64,000 bases of DNA from Girardia tigrina (Eukaryota). The translations under genes and the position numbers were made by a program. Location of the stretch: contig MQRK01179780.1 of NCBI GenBank assembly GCA_001938485.1, positions 1 to 64,000 on the forward strand, in the 5' to 3' direction. The notes under the pieces are model-generated. The model was not told the DNA's origin and did no database searches. It was given only the letters and a program-made list of their open reading frames with translations. Shown here piece by piece: positions 54,030 to 64,000 of the stretch; the stretch's first letter is position 1, and every line of letters starts with the position of its first letter.

Positions 54030-54365
54030 TCCACCTGATGATGTTCTGACAAGAGCGATACATGAATTGAAATTTAATGAAATAAATTGTTGCTTTGATG
54101 ACATTTTCTCGTTGCTCACTTTGTTCATATATATATATATATNNNNNNNNNNNNNNNNNNNNNNNNNNNNNNNNNNNNNNNNNNNNNNNNNNNNNNNNNN
54201 NNNNNNNNNNNNNNNNNNNNNNNNNNNNNNNNNNNNNNNNNNNNNNNNNNNNNNNNNNNNNNNNNNNNNNNNNNNNNNNNNNNNNNNNNNNNATTCTCGT
54301 TGCTCAAAGTGAGCAACGAGAAAATGTCATCAAAGCAACAATTTATTTCATTAAATTTCAATTAA
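54030..54365 (+). mobile_element. pLTR-like segment with a mutated hammerhead and an inverted duplicate across a (TA)n gap
   Basis: CTGATGA-t-gttct gaca agagc-GATA-catg; 54065-54123 is the reverse complement of 54305-54363. Confidence 0.5.
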
Positions 54366-54547
54366 ATGCACTAAGCAAGTACACTATATGGAAACTTGCC
54401 GAAAACAAATAAAATTTATCCAATAAATTATTGGATGAAAATAATTTTATTTCACTTTTCCTTAAAATTAAGAAAATGCAAAAAAATTAGCTAAATGCAA
54501 ATAAATTCCACACTCACAAACCAAACATCAATTACCATTTCAGAAAA

Positions 54548-54718
54548 CGATATGTTTTCTCTATCGTTCCGTACTTTACAAGGTAACGGAGACATGATAA
54601 AGATGAAAACTAACAGCACACCAAAAGTTAATCTTTGAGATGAAATTTCTCACACTCAATGCAGTCAACTCAATTTTAGCCTTCCCATCAAACTCAAAAC
54701 AATCCGAAATCTCATCGA
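54548..54718 (+). repeat. Inverted, uninterrupted copy of 55626-55482 joined to 54834-54807
   Basis: Direct alignment; the junction reads ttagccttcccatcaaactcaaaac. Confidence 0.9.
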
Positions 54719-54719
54719 G

Positions 54720-55780
54720 TGTCACCAGTGTCAAACCTGGTACAGTTGAGAGAATGCAACGTTCTCTCAGATTTCAATTTGGTCAGACATTTCAGTCAAA
54801 TTGCATCGATGAGATTTCGGAATGTTTTGAGTTTGATGTTATGGTAATATATTGCGATCCGAGCATTGCTTGGAAGTGTCATTACTTTAATTTAATTTAA
54901 TTAATTGATTTAATCAACTGTAATTAATTAGAATAGTAAAATTTTATATTTGGTGCCTTGCAACTTGCGAATGGCGGGATTGCATTGGTTTGGTGTGAAA
55001 TTTATTCGTGTGAGTTCTTGGGTCTGTGTCACCTTCACATTGATGTTATTTTTAACAAAAAAATTACTTATTTGTTTTGTACGTAACATGGATTGAATTT
55101 TAAATGTTTAATTTATTAAAAGGTTTTATGTTGGTTTATCAGTTTTAATGTTTAAGAAAAATAAGTCCAATTCAAATTTTGATGAAATTAATTTCCGAAA
55201 ATAAAAATGAATTCATGTAAAAAAGAATTAATTTCATCTGAAAGAAAATAAAAATGTTTTTATTAAAAAAGATTAATTATTATTGTAAAGGTTTATTATT
55301 TATAATTATTGGAGTTTGTTTTAATGGATTATTTAAGCAAAAAATGGAATTCGAAATTTGTCATAACAAAATAAATACTTTGAGCGCAACTAGTTTTTTT
55401 TTGAATTTATGAGAATCCATTATTTATTTCTTTTCGTCGATGAAAACGATCACGAAATTTCGTTTGGTAGTAAATACTAAAGATGTGAAGGCTAAAATTG
55501 AGTTGACTGCATTGAGTGTGAGAAGTTTCATCTCAAAGATTAGCTTTTGGTGTGCTGTTAGTTGTCATCTATATCATATGTCTCCGTTACCTTGTAAAGT
55601 ACGGAACGATAGAGAAAACATATCGTCTTCTTCTATTATTGGGTTGATAGAGTATGGAGATGATTGAGTTTTTTTATTGACGGATGTATTTAGATTCACT
55701 TTCGACTGTGTTAGTACTATCTGTGGTAAATGTGATGGTATTGTCAAGAGTAAATTCGAGATATGTTTATTTGATTTTTT
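54720..55780 (-). pseudogene. Putative NUMT: TGA=Trp frame, divergent cox2-like, split by a 647-bp insertion
   Basis: ~135 codons with 5 TGA and no TAA/TAG after removing 54835-55481; SLSFRTLQG..WYxW and STVPG. Confidence 0.5.
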
Positions 55781-56682
55781 ATATTGCTTATTTTTATTTT
55801 TTTATTTTTATATTTTCTTTTTTTATATTCGCTTCCACAGGATACCAGAAAAGCTAAACTGCATTTTTACGTTAAAGGCTTTAGACCCGCAGATATAGCT
55901 CCAACAAGAAAATTAATTGGTCATATAAAAATTATAGCTCAGAAACAAGAGAAAGAGAAACGTCAAAAGAGAATATTTTTTAGAAAAAAAAATCCGTCTT
56001 TACCTAAGGTAAATTAAATCAGATTAAATAATAATTCCGGCGTCCATAGAAATATGGGATATTTGAATATTTAAAAATTCAAATACAAAATCAATATTGA
56101 AATTATTATTTCATTAATAACGTAAATCTGATTGAAATTCAGATTGTCAAATTTTTAATTACTCACTGCCAAACTAGTTCTTTATTGTCATTAGTCTAAT
56201 AATTCGACTCAAAGAAATTTTGCCAACCAGTCTAATTACCAGACAAGTTCATTACTACCATTTGCTTACTATTTCGACGTCAATAAATTTTTTATCTGAC
56301 TTGTAGTTACAATTATTTATTTACAAAAGAAGGTACTATTGACAAAGGTCCAAACCATTTCTGAATAATAACATTGACAGTGTGGAGATCCATCTAAGTG
56401 GTATCGATATTTTTTCTTTTTAGTATTTAAAAATTTTAATTAGTTTAAAGAGATTTCTGTTGAAAGTGTACTTGTTGTTGTTAAATTTGTAAATAAATAA
56501 TTGAGAAGTAATAATACTCATTCTTGTTCAATAAAAGGAAAAGAAGATTCTTTGATTGATCTCTTTTAGGTTTATTGAATCAATCAGATAATTTTCTTGA
56601 TTTAAGAACTTAAATTAGTCATAAAACGTACATCCACTATTATAGCCTATTACAATTACATATTGCTACACACCCCATACCA

Positions 56683-56756
56683 ATATATATATATATATAT
56701 ATATATNNNNNNNNNNNNNNNNNNNNNNNNNNNNNNNNNNNNNNNNNNNNNNNNNN

Positions 56757-56800
<44 letters not shown>
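56683..56800. repeat. (TA)n microsatellite with an assembly gap
   Basis: Direct reading. Confidence 0.95.
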
Positions 56801-56807
<7 letters not shown>

Positions 56808-57812
56808 ATTAAATCCACTGTGACAATAAAATTCAGATTTTTAAATGACGTTATCGAATATCAATAATAATAATAATAAATATCAATAAATATTAATAAA
56901 TGATAATTATGATATTAAAATAATAAAATGTCTCAATGGAAAATCGCAGTTGAATTTTTCCCATCCAAAAATTATCAATCGAAAATCGCTAGAAAATAAC
57001 ATTTACCAATTTCGTCAAATCGATGAGCGCCTGATTGAGAGCGTCTTGTTCTTGTTCGTCGCTCGGGGCGATCTCATCGCATTTGACCTGGTCGATCGAG
57101 TGGAATCATTCAAGTTACACGAAATACGAAAATACTTCTTGGAAAAATGAAAATATACTCATAGAAATCGATGGAATGGGACTCCGATAAATCTCATCGA
57201 TTCAAATGATTCAACAGAGACCGATTTGAATTGCTCTATTTATTTTTTAATTATTTAAACAAAATTATTTTTTATTTTTTCATTGAAAAAACGAAATTGT
57301 ATTTTTCGATTTTAATGTTATTTTCATTTGTGATTTTTGTAGACAATACACCGATTGATGAATATTTGATTAAAGTGCGATTTTCATATTGTTGGATTTT
57401 TTTGTTTTTTTATGCTTTTCTCGATATTTTTAGTTTCTTTTGTAATTGCCGTTATAATTTCTTTTAAATGGCATTCAAAACAAATATGTCCGCTTGTTTT
57501 TCGGATTTTGATTGTCATTTTGTTGATTTTTTTCTAATATTCGAATAGTTAATTTATTCTTTATTTTAGAATATGAAAATTTTATTAATCATCTTTTTAT
57601 TTTGAAAACTTTTTAAGGTCTCAAAATTGGAATAAAACGGTTCCATCGGAGTTCCTGAACAATATTAGCATAAAAAGATCTACTTTTAATTTATAAGTAG
57701 TTTATATTACGCAAAAAAATAAATTGAAAAATAAATAGTCAGATAAACCGATTTTAAGTCTAACAAGTAAATCATAAAAATATTTTTAAAATAAATGACT
57801 TTTCCAACCAAT

Positions 57813-58225
57813 CAGCGGCGTAGCCAGGATTGCAGAGGGGGTGGAAAAAAATTCCTGAAAGATCTAGCAATCTTAAATATAATTGGGGTGGCTAATTATG
57901 TTTTAATTTTTTCAGGGGTGGGGGTGTCTCCCGATTTTAACCCTCTAAACTTAAACGATCCTTAAGCTCCTTAAACGTTCCTCTGACCTCCTTTTTTCTC
58001 CCCGATTAAAATCCAATCAAGGGTTTCTATATTAATCTTTGTTTTCAGCCTCGCCAGTAACGTGGACTAAAATGGGAACGCCCAATTGGATTTTAATTGG
58101 GGCAAAAACGAGAGGTCCCGTTCCTCTAAGTTTTGTTTTTCGTAATATTTTTTTAAACAATTTTTAGGGCATTTTATCAGGGGGGGTGCAAATCCACCCA
58201 ATCACCCCCCCTGGCTACGCGCCTG
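57813..58225. mobile_element. hAT-type MITE, 413 bp
   Basis: TIRs cagcggcgtagccagg / cctggctacgcgcctg; perfect 8-bp TSD caaccaat; internal hairpin at ~57990-58110. Confidence 0.88.
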
Positions 58226-58427
58226 CAACCAATCAATAATTTTGCTTTGTGTTTCCTGAGAAAGTTGCCTTTTGTGGGTTGGAATAGTCATTTTAGGGTA
58301 ATTAAAACTTATACATTTGTATTTATAGCATTGTACGGGAGGATTAATTTATTTGTTAAAATGATTAATTTATTTGTAAAAAAAGATTAAATCGTGTGTT
58401 AAAATGATTAAATTATGTGTTAAACCC

Positions 58428-61360
58428 TGTAATGCAACATCTCTCACACATCGACTATTCTCTGGGTCCTCACTCCGCCCCTATTCATCTCTGACTCATC
58501 ACAACTTCGATAAATCTAACAATCAGACTGGAACCTTCAGTTGTCAACCGGCCCTTCCTTTGCATTCCTCTGGGGATCAGGATTATTATAAAATATCAGA
58601 ATTATTATAGAGGTTCAACAGTTATAGACAGAGCTCAGTAAAACAAAATAAGACGTATAATTCCAAACATATATTAAAACCAATTTAAATATTTATCAAA
58701 CCGTAAGAAAGAATAACTAGAAACGTGTGATCAAGTTCAACTGGGAGGTGAAACATGAGCGAGCTTTCCAAGAAGCAAAATCAAAACTCAAAAATATCAA
58801 AACAATGGGTCTACCAGACGACAGCTCTCCATTTATATTATGTACAGACGTATTAGAAACAGAAGTAGGCAGTAGCCTCAACCAAGAAGATAAAGAAAGT
58901 AATATGAAACCAATATATTTTTTTTCTAGTAAACTTACCACAACAGAAAGAAAATATGCCACATTCGACCATGAACTTCTGTCTAAAGTCCTTGCGGTTA
59001 AAAATTTCAAGCATTACCTCGAAAACGACAAATTTAAAGTGCAAAAAGATCATAAGTCTCTACTATATGTCCAAACAATGAAGAACCCATCAAATCGACA
59101 ATGGCGAGGGATCCAATTCCTCTCTCAGTTCAATATGGAAATAAACTACATCAAAGGCTCAGAGAACGTTATAGCCGACTTTCTATCCCGACATCAGGAA
59201 GAAGAACACACCGAAGAATTATCCCACATCACCCTCAAAGAGCTAATGGAAGATCAAAAGAGACCCATCTATCCAGAACATCCCTCACTCTTCACTGAGG
59301 CATATCCTCATAACAGTGAATTACAAAACAGCGAGTTACATAACAGCGAATCCCAAAACAGCGAATTACATAACAGCGAATCATCAAAACAGCGCATCCT
59401 CAAAACAGCGATGTACTACCCAAATAGAAAAAAAGTCAATTAGATATAAAATTTTATTTTAAGGAAATTCCAACTTTAAATACTTTGTCAAAATGCAATT
59501 GGCGTGCTTAAACTGAAAGAATACAATAAATTAATGGAAGTACTTTACTTTGGAGAAGAGCATGGATTGTAAATATTTGTTTATAAAAGGGACGTGCTAC
59601 CCGAAATGTACCGTCCATGAACCAATGATTATTGCTGGATAACATTTGTAAATTACTTATTGTTCCAAGTAATATAATTGATTTGTCCTCACTGATAAAC
59701 AATAGGAATAATTGACCTGAAATAGTTTGTGTCAATTGATCAGGTATGTTGATGTCATTTAAACTTTGAGGCAAAACCGGTAATTTCTTGTGACGTGCTC
59801 GATACAACACGTTGTTTATAGATTTGAAAGCTGGAAATATAGCGGAAGCTGAAATATTACCAGAAATTTCAGCTGCCACATCAGAATGTATAATCGGAAT
59901 ACTGCGCGTTTCTGTTTTTGCTTGTTGCTTCATCTTACAAATAGTAGACTTTACGATTCCGATTTCTGGTGCTGGTGGATGGGAATGCCCTTGTTTTTCA
60001 ATCGCATGACAGTTATCAAAATCTGACCAAAGTCTTCCTTTGCAACCGATGGTAAAACATCGCCAATTTTTTCTAATTGAGGTGACTGTATCTACACGGT
60101 AGGAATATCCTCCATAATTGCATGCTTCATAACCTTTATGAGTAGTTAATATTTCCATTTAGTTTTTTCACAAGCAAAACTTAAAAATAATGTTATGAAA
60201 AAATCGAAAATTAAAACAAACTTTAAATTATATTATTAATAAAATATATTTAAAAAAATTATATCTTAAAAATATCTTATTAATATAAATATTCTCCAAT
60301 TTAAATGACCAAAATCTCATTTTAAAATGAAAAATTTCATTCACTGTTTTGCGGAATTCGCTGTTTTGATGACTCGCTGTTTTGATGATTCGCTGTTTTG
60401 ATGAATTGCTATTTTGATGATTCTCTGTTTTGTAATTCGCTGTTTTGAGAATTCGCTGTTTTGTAATTCGCTGTTTTGATGATTAGCTGTTTTGACAATC
60501 GCTGTTTTGGGATTCGCTGTTATGTAATTCGCTGTTATGTAATACACATGCACCGAATTTTCTAGACTCCACAACTGATGCCATGGAGGAGCAAACGCCA
60601 CAATCAAACTCTTGACCAAACGTTATGTGTGGCCTTACATGAAGAGTGAAATTAGAAAATGGGTTTGAAATTGTTAAAATTGCCAGGCAAACAAAAGCAC
60701 AAGACTCACCAGATCCCCCCCACGGCATTCTCACGAACAGAGGAAAACTCAGAGTGGTTCACATCGACCTAGTTGGTCTTCTCAAAGAAATCAGAGGAAA
60801 GAAGTGATCATTCGCGACACTGGATTGGTGGAAGCTTTCCCGATGCGGGATATCGGAGCTAAAGCAGTTACCGATATCAAAGAAAAAGAATGAATATCCC
60901 GTATTGGCACACCAGGGCAAATTATCAGTGACAATGGGAGACAGTTCATATCAACAGATTACCGAAATCTGTGCAACCGATACGGTATTGAACATCACCA
61001 CACTACTCCATATCAGCCACAAAACAACGTCAAAATTGAACGACTACACCAGACACTCAAAGAAGCTCTTCGATGCGGCTCAACAAATGCGGACAAAGAA
61101 TGGATACAGACGCTACCACTCGTTCTAATGGGACTCAGAAACAAAATCAACGACTCCGGCCTTTTACCATCGCAGATACTATTCAGTACCTCCACAAGAC
61201 TTCCAGGTGATGTGATCATTCCTAGTTCCAATCGGTCTATTGTAGATGTTCCAGATTTCTACCACGAATTTGGGAACCACGGTGACAAAAAGAGTTTCTT
61301 ACCCAAAGACCTGTTAAAATGCAAAAGGGTGTGGATAAAAAATTACTTAAAATCACTTTA
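58428..61360 (+). mobile_element. Gypsy pol relic (RT connection, RNase H, integrase) interrupted by a MULE
   Basis: FNWEVKHERAFQEAK..CTD..ERKYATFDHELL..DHKSL..GSENVIADFLSR; H..H..C..C zinc finger, VHIDLVG, ISDNG, KIERLHQTLK. Confidence 0.9.
59299..60548 (-). mobile_element. FLYWCH-MULE element with truncated transposase (60158-59508) and 15-bp subterminal repeat arrays
   Basis: WRC..GCKGRL..HSH FLYWCH; WFMDGTF..QIFTIHA; inverted (aacagcgaattacat)n arrays; degenerate TSD ttcactga/tgcaccga. Confidence 0.9.
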
Positions 61361-61489
61361 AAATCTTTATTGTAATCCATAAGATTACCTTTACATCTTT
61401 TAATACATCTGCCATACCAAATCATACTTTTTCTACATACCAAATCAAGTAGAAAAGCACAATTTTGGACCACATAGTGAAATGTCATG

Positions 61490-61790
61490 GAACTCAAAGG
61501 AGAGTATTTGATAATGATTTTCGGGGTTTGATTAGTAACTTTGATCACAATTATGAAAGGACAATTACTGAAGCACTCTTAATAAAGTTTTGTAAACCTA
61601 GTCTAAATGTGCAAAGTGATTCGTTCAATCGTATATTGACGTGACACACTATGACGTAATGGTCATCTTTCTATATAAACATTAACTTTCTAATTAAATA
61701 CAGAACTGAAGATGCCACAAAAGTAGTGAAACATGTTTTGGAATAAAAATTTAAAATTAAAATGGTGTTATTGGTGTTTAATATATATAT
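61490..61790 (+). mobile_element. Penelope-like 3' end with pLTR and a hammerhead core (61706-61738)
   Basis: FDHNYERTITEALLIKFCKPSLNVQ; CTGAAGA-tgccac aaaa gtagt-GAAA-cat-GTT. Confidence 0.8.
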
Positions 61791-62078
61791 ATAACTAATA
61801 TGGGGCTAAAAATAATTAAAAGAAACATTTTTTTCAATAAATCATAGGAATAAAATGAATTTATTTCATTTATCTTAAAAAGTAAACAGAAATTCATTTA
61901 ATGCAATTTATTCAATTCTCGCAAACTAATCATTAGCAGCTATCAATTGCCGTTTGAGAAAACAATAATCCAATGATTTTAAATCATGTTCACAAAATTA
62001 ATGTTTTTTTAGGTATAATATTGGTATTTATAATATTAGTAAAATTATTTAAGTTATTATACAGTCCCATCAAATGTG

Positions 62079-62130
62079 GATGAACTGATGATAGGATTAT
62101 TATTTTAAAACGCGTCGTCTTCTTTTCATC
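62079..62130 (+). ncRNA. Inactive hammerhead (GAAA mutated to AAAA)
   Basis: gaa-CTGATGA-t-aggat tatt atttt-aAAA-cgcgtc-GTC-ttc. Confidence 0.5.
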
Positions 62131-62298
62131 AATTGTACATATGTATAAAAAATATAACTCTTTATGGAAGTCGTAGTTTCATTACTAAATCATGATTTTT
62201 TATGTCTATCAACAATAAGAGTCAAAAGTTTTACAAAAACTGTTTCATTCGAATAGTCTTTCAACAATATTAGTTATCTTTTGATAATAATTTCCAAA

Positions 62299-62865
62299 TT
62301 AAACTAATTGGAAAAGTCTTTTGATTTCTTCCATGGAAGATCTTGTAGCATTTGAACATTCTTTAGTTACTGGAGTTGCCATGTTCAAAAACCCATGAGG
62401 CAAATCTTTCATGACCTTCAATCGTACCTTTTGAGCACCAGCATTACTAACTTTTTTGCAAAATTCAACAGAATCATCAAGTAAAGGATCGAACTCAGAT
62501 GCCTAAATATTGCATGATTTATTTCTTAAAATAATAAGAGATAAATATTCCTAACAAAAATCGACATTGGAGGAAGTCTCTTTAGTAATTCCTCATCAGC
62601 ACTAAAAGGCGACATAAAAGGATCACTCTCAATCTCGGCTCTTAAGAGCAGTTTAATTGGAGAAATCTTGTTCTCCTTAGAATAAAACATTTTCTTTCCA
62701 GCTGAATCCAGAGTGTCTCGATCGACTGTAAAGAACATAAAATGATTTTTCAAAAAATATTTTTCAAACGAAATTTGTCTGAATGAGGCTTGCTAGTTTC
62801 CTGATCTGTTGTTGATACGTAAGATTGTTCCTTGACAAGGTCTTCCTCATTTTTACCACTGTAAG
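62299..62865 (-). CDS. LIPE: HSL paralog (copy 2), last three exons; the gene continues beyond the window
   Basis: Exons 62865-62770, 62725-62556, 62502-62299; AYSG, DPFMSP..LPPMSIF, ASEFDPLLDDSVEF..LPHGFLNM, stop TAA. Confidence 0.92.
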
Positions 62866-63019
62866 CTAAAATAAAATTGTTTATAAAATTAATTAAAATA
62901 TTATCAGGTTTATTATTTCAATACAGATAATATTTTTATTTGTTGTTAGTTATAAATTTAATTAAATCATGCATTTTTCTCTTTCTCATGGTCTCCTAGA
63001 TCAAATATTTATAACTTTA

Positions 63020-64000
63020 TGAAGAACTGGTTGCATCTTGATCTATTGACGTTCTTCTGGGGTGTGAACAGAAGTGACCTAGCTTTTAAAATCATTAAAG
63101 GAAGCGTTTCGGAGCTGCATATCTGGATTAAAAATGCAAAGTTTCTTGCTACCTTCTTCAGGACGTCTAAAAAGACAACGAAACTTTTGCATCAATTTCA
63201 ACTAACGGTGAAACATTTCCCTGCTTATTACGAAGTTTGATTTGTGGAGCACATAGTTAACCTTTTAACAGCCATTCTTCACAATCTTTATGGCTGCAAG
63301 GAAGATTCTAATTTTTTAGAAAAGACTGGCGAATCGAAAACGGAGAGAGCAACAGCACGGGAATATTTGAAGACATGGGAAATGAATCGTATGAAATCTA
63401 GCTAAACGGTCTCATAGTTGATGTTTTGAAAATATTTGTGATTTGCAGAAGCAGCTTCTGCGTAACGACCTGTTTCTACCAGATACAATAAGAAAAAGAG
63501 ATTCAGCACTTAGTAAATTAGGCCTTTAATCCAGCCCCCCCTATCCTGGTGAACTGGAAGAGAAACTACAGCCTCAGGAAACAGAGACTTATTTTAAGAG
63601 CTGTTAACACGAATATACCAACTACAAGAAATCAGGATGCGGTGCGCCTCGAAATTGTGTAAATAGCAAAGACTTATCTTGGAGAGAAGTTTGATGTGGA
63701 ACAAGAAGAAGTAGTCCAAAACATAATTGTTCCACGCGATTCTCGAATTGCCACAAGAACCGGAAGGAGGAAGCATGTTGCAACAATGAACATTTCCTGA
63801 TAGAGTGCTGGGACCGTATTTGTAACATAATCTTCTCTTCTTCGATATACGCAAGTAACACAGAATGATCTGATCGAGCATATCCCCCAATAGGGACTTG
63901 ATACAAGACTGGATGGTTCCGCAAGTTTTAAATTGGGTGCATAAATATTGTATCAGATTATCTCACTTCATCCAGGGCATCACTGGAAATTGAAATCAAT
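63020..64000 (-). pseudogene. MCMBP: MCM-binding protein-like pseudogene inside the HSL2 intron
   Basis: LLGDML; LLVPHQTSLQ; VETGRYAEAASANHKYFQNINYETVxLDF and SYDSFPMSSNIPVLLLS vs [39 protein letters not shown]; many frameshifts. Confidence 0.6.

Noticed and set aside
54010-54412. ORFs spanning N gaps (also 125-533)
   Set aside because: Gap artefacts; the inverted repeat around this gap may also be assembly-derived.
59310-60540. Regular 15-bp repeats as a CRISPR array
   Set aside because: No spacers and no cas genes; these are MULE subterminal tandem repeats in a eukaryotic locus.
60341-60734. ORFs with NSELQ/KTAN repeats as genes
   Set aside because: They are translations of transposon arms and antisense integrase.
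1-64000. tRNA or rRNA genes
   Set aside because: No cloverleaf or conserved rRNA motif recognised by eye; tRNAscan-SE/Infernal were not run.

Overview
Very AT-rich eukaryotic (animal) nuclear scaffold with four N gaps. The backbone is a minus-strand hormone-sensitive lipase (LIPE/HSL-family) gene, ~48.1 kb to 15267. It has tiny introns (about 21-83 nt) plus three giant TE-filled introns (17.1, 6.3, 7.2 kb). The last three exons of a tandem HSL paralog lie at 62299-62865. The rest is a mosaic of: (i) DNA transposon relics and MITEs (Tc1, mariner, IS630-like, MULE, hAT-, piggyBac- and Chapaev-like, Helitron-type piece); (ii) Gypsy fragments; (iii) Penelope-like retroelement ends carrying about nine hammerhead-ribozyme cores; (iv) many decayed fragments of housekeeping genes (USP9X, RBMX2, KIF23-like, USP8, AP3B, NDUFA2, beta-tubulin, MCMBP, and a piece of HSL itself). 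The most striking hidden feature is a ~135-codon frame at 55780-54720 (minus). It is open only if TGA=Trp and a 647-bp insertion is removed, and it resembles a very divergent mitochondrial cox2 (NUMT); an adjacent inverted copy preserves the empty insertion site. Micro-introns and the divergent cox2 suggest a dicyemid-like parasite (inference only). All homology calls were made by eye from remembered family motifs; no searches were run.
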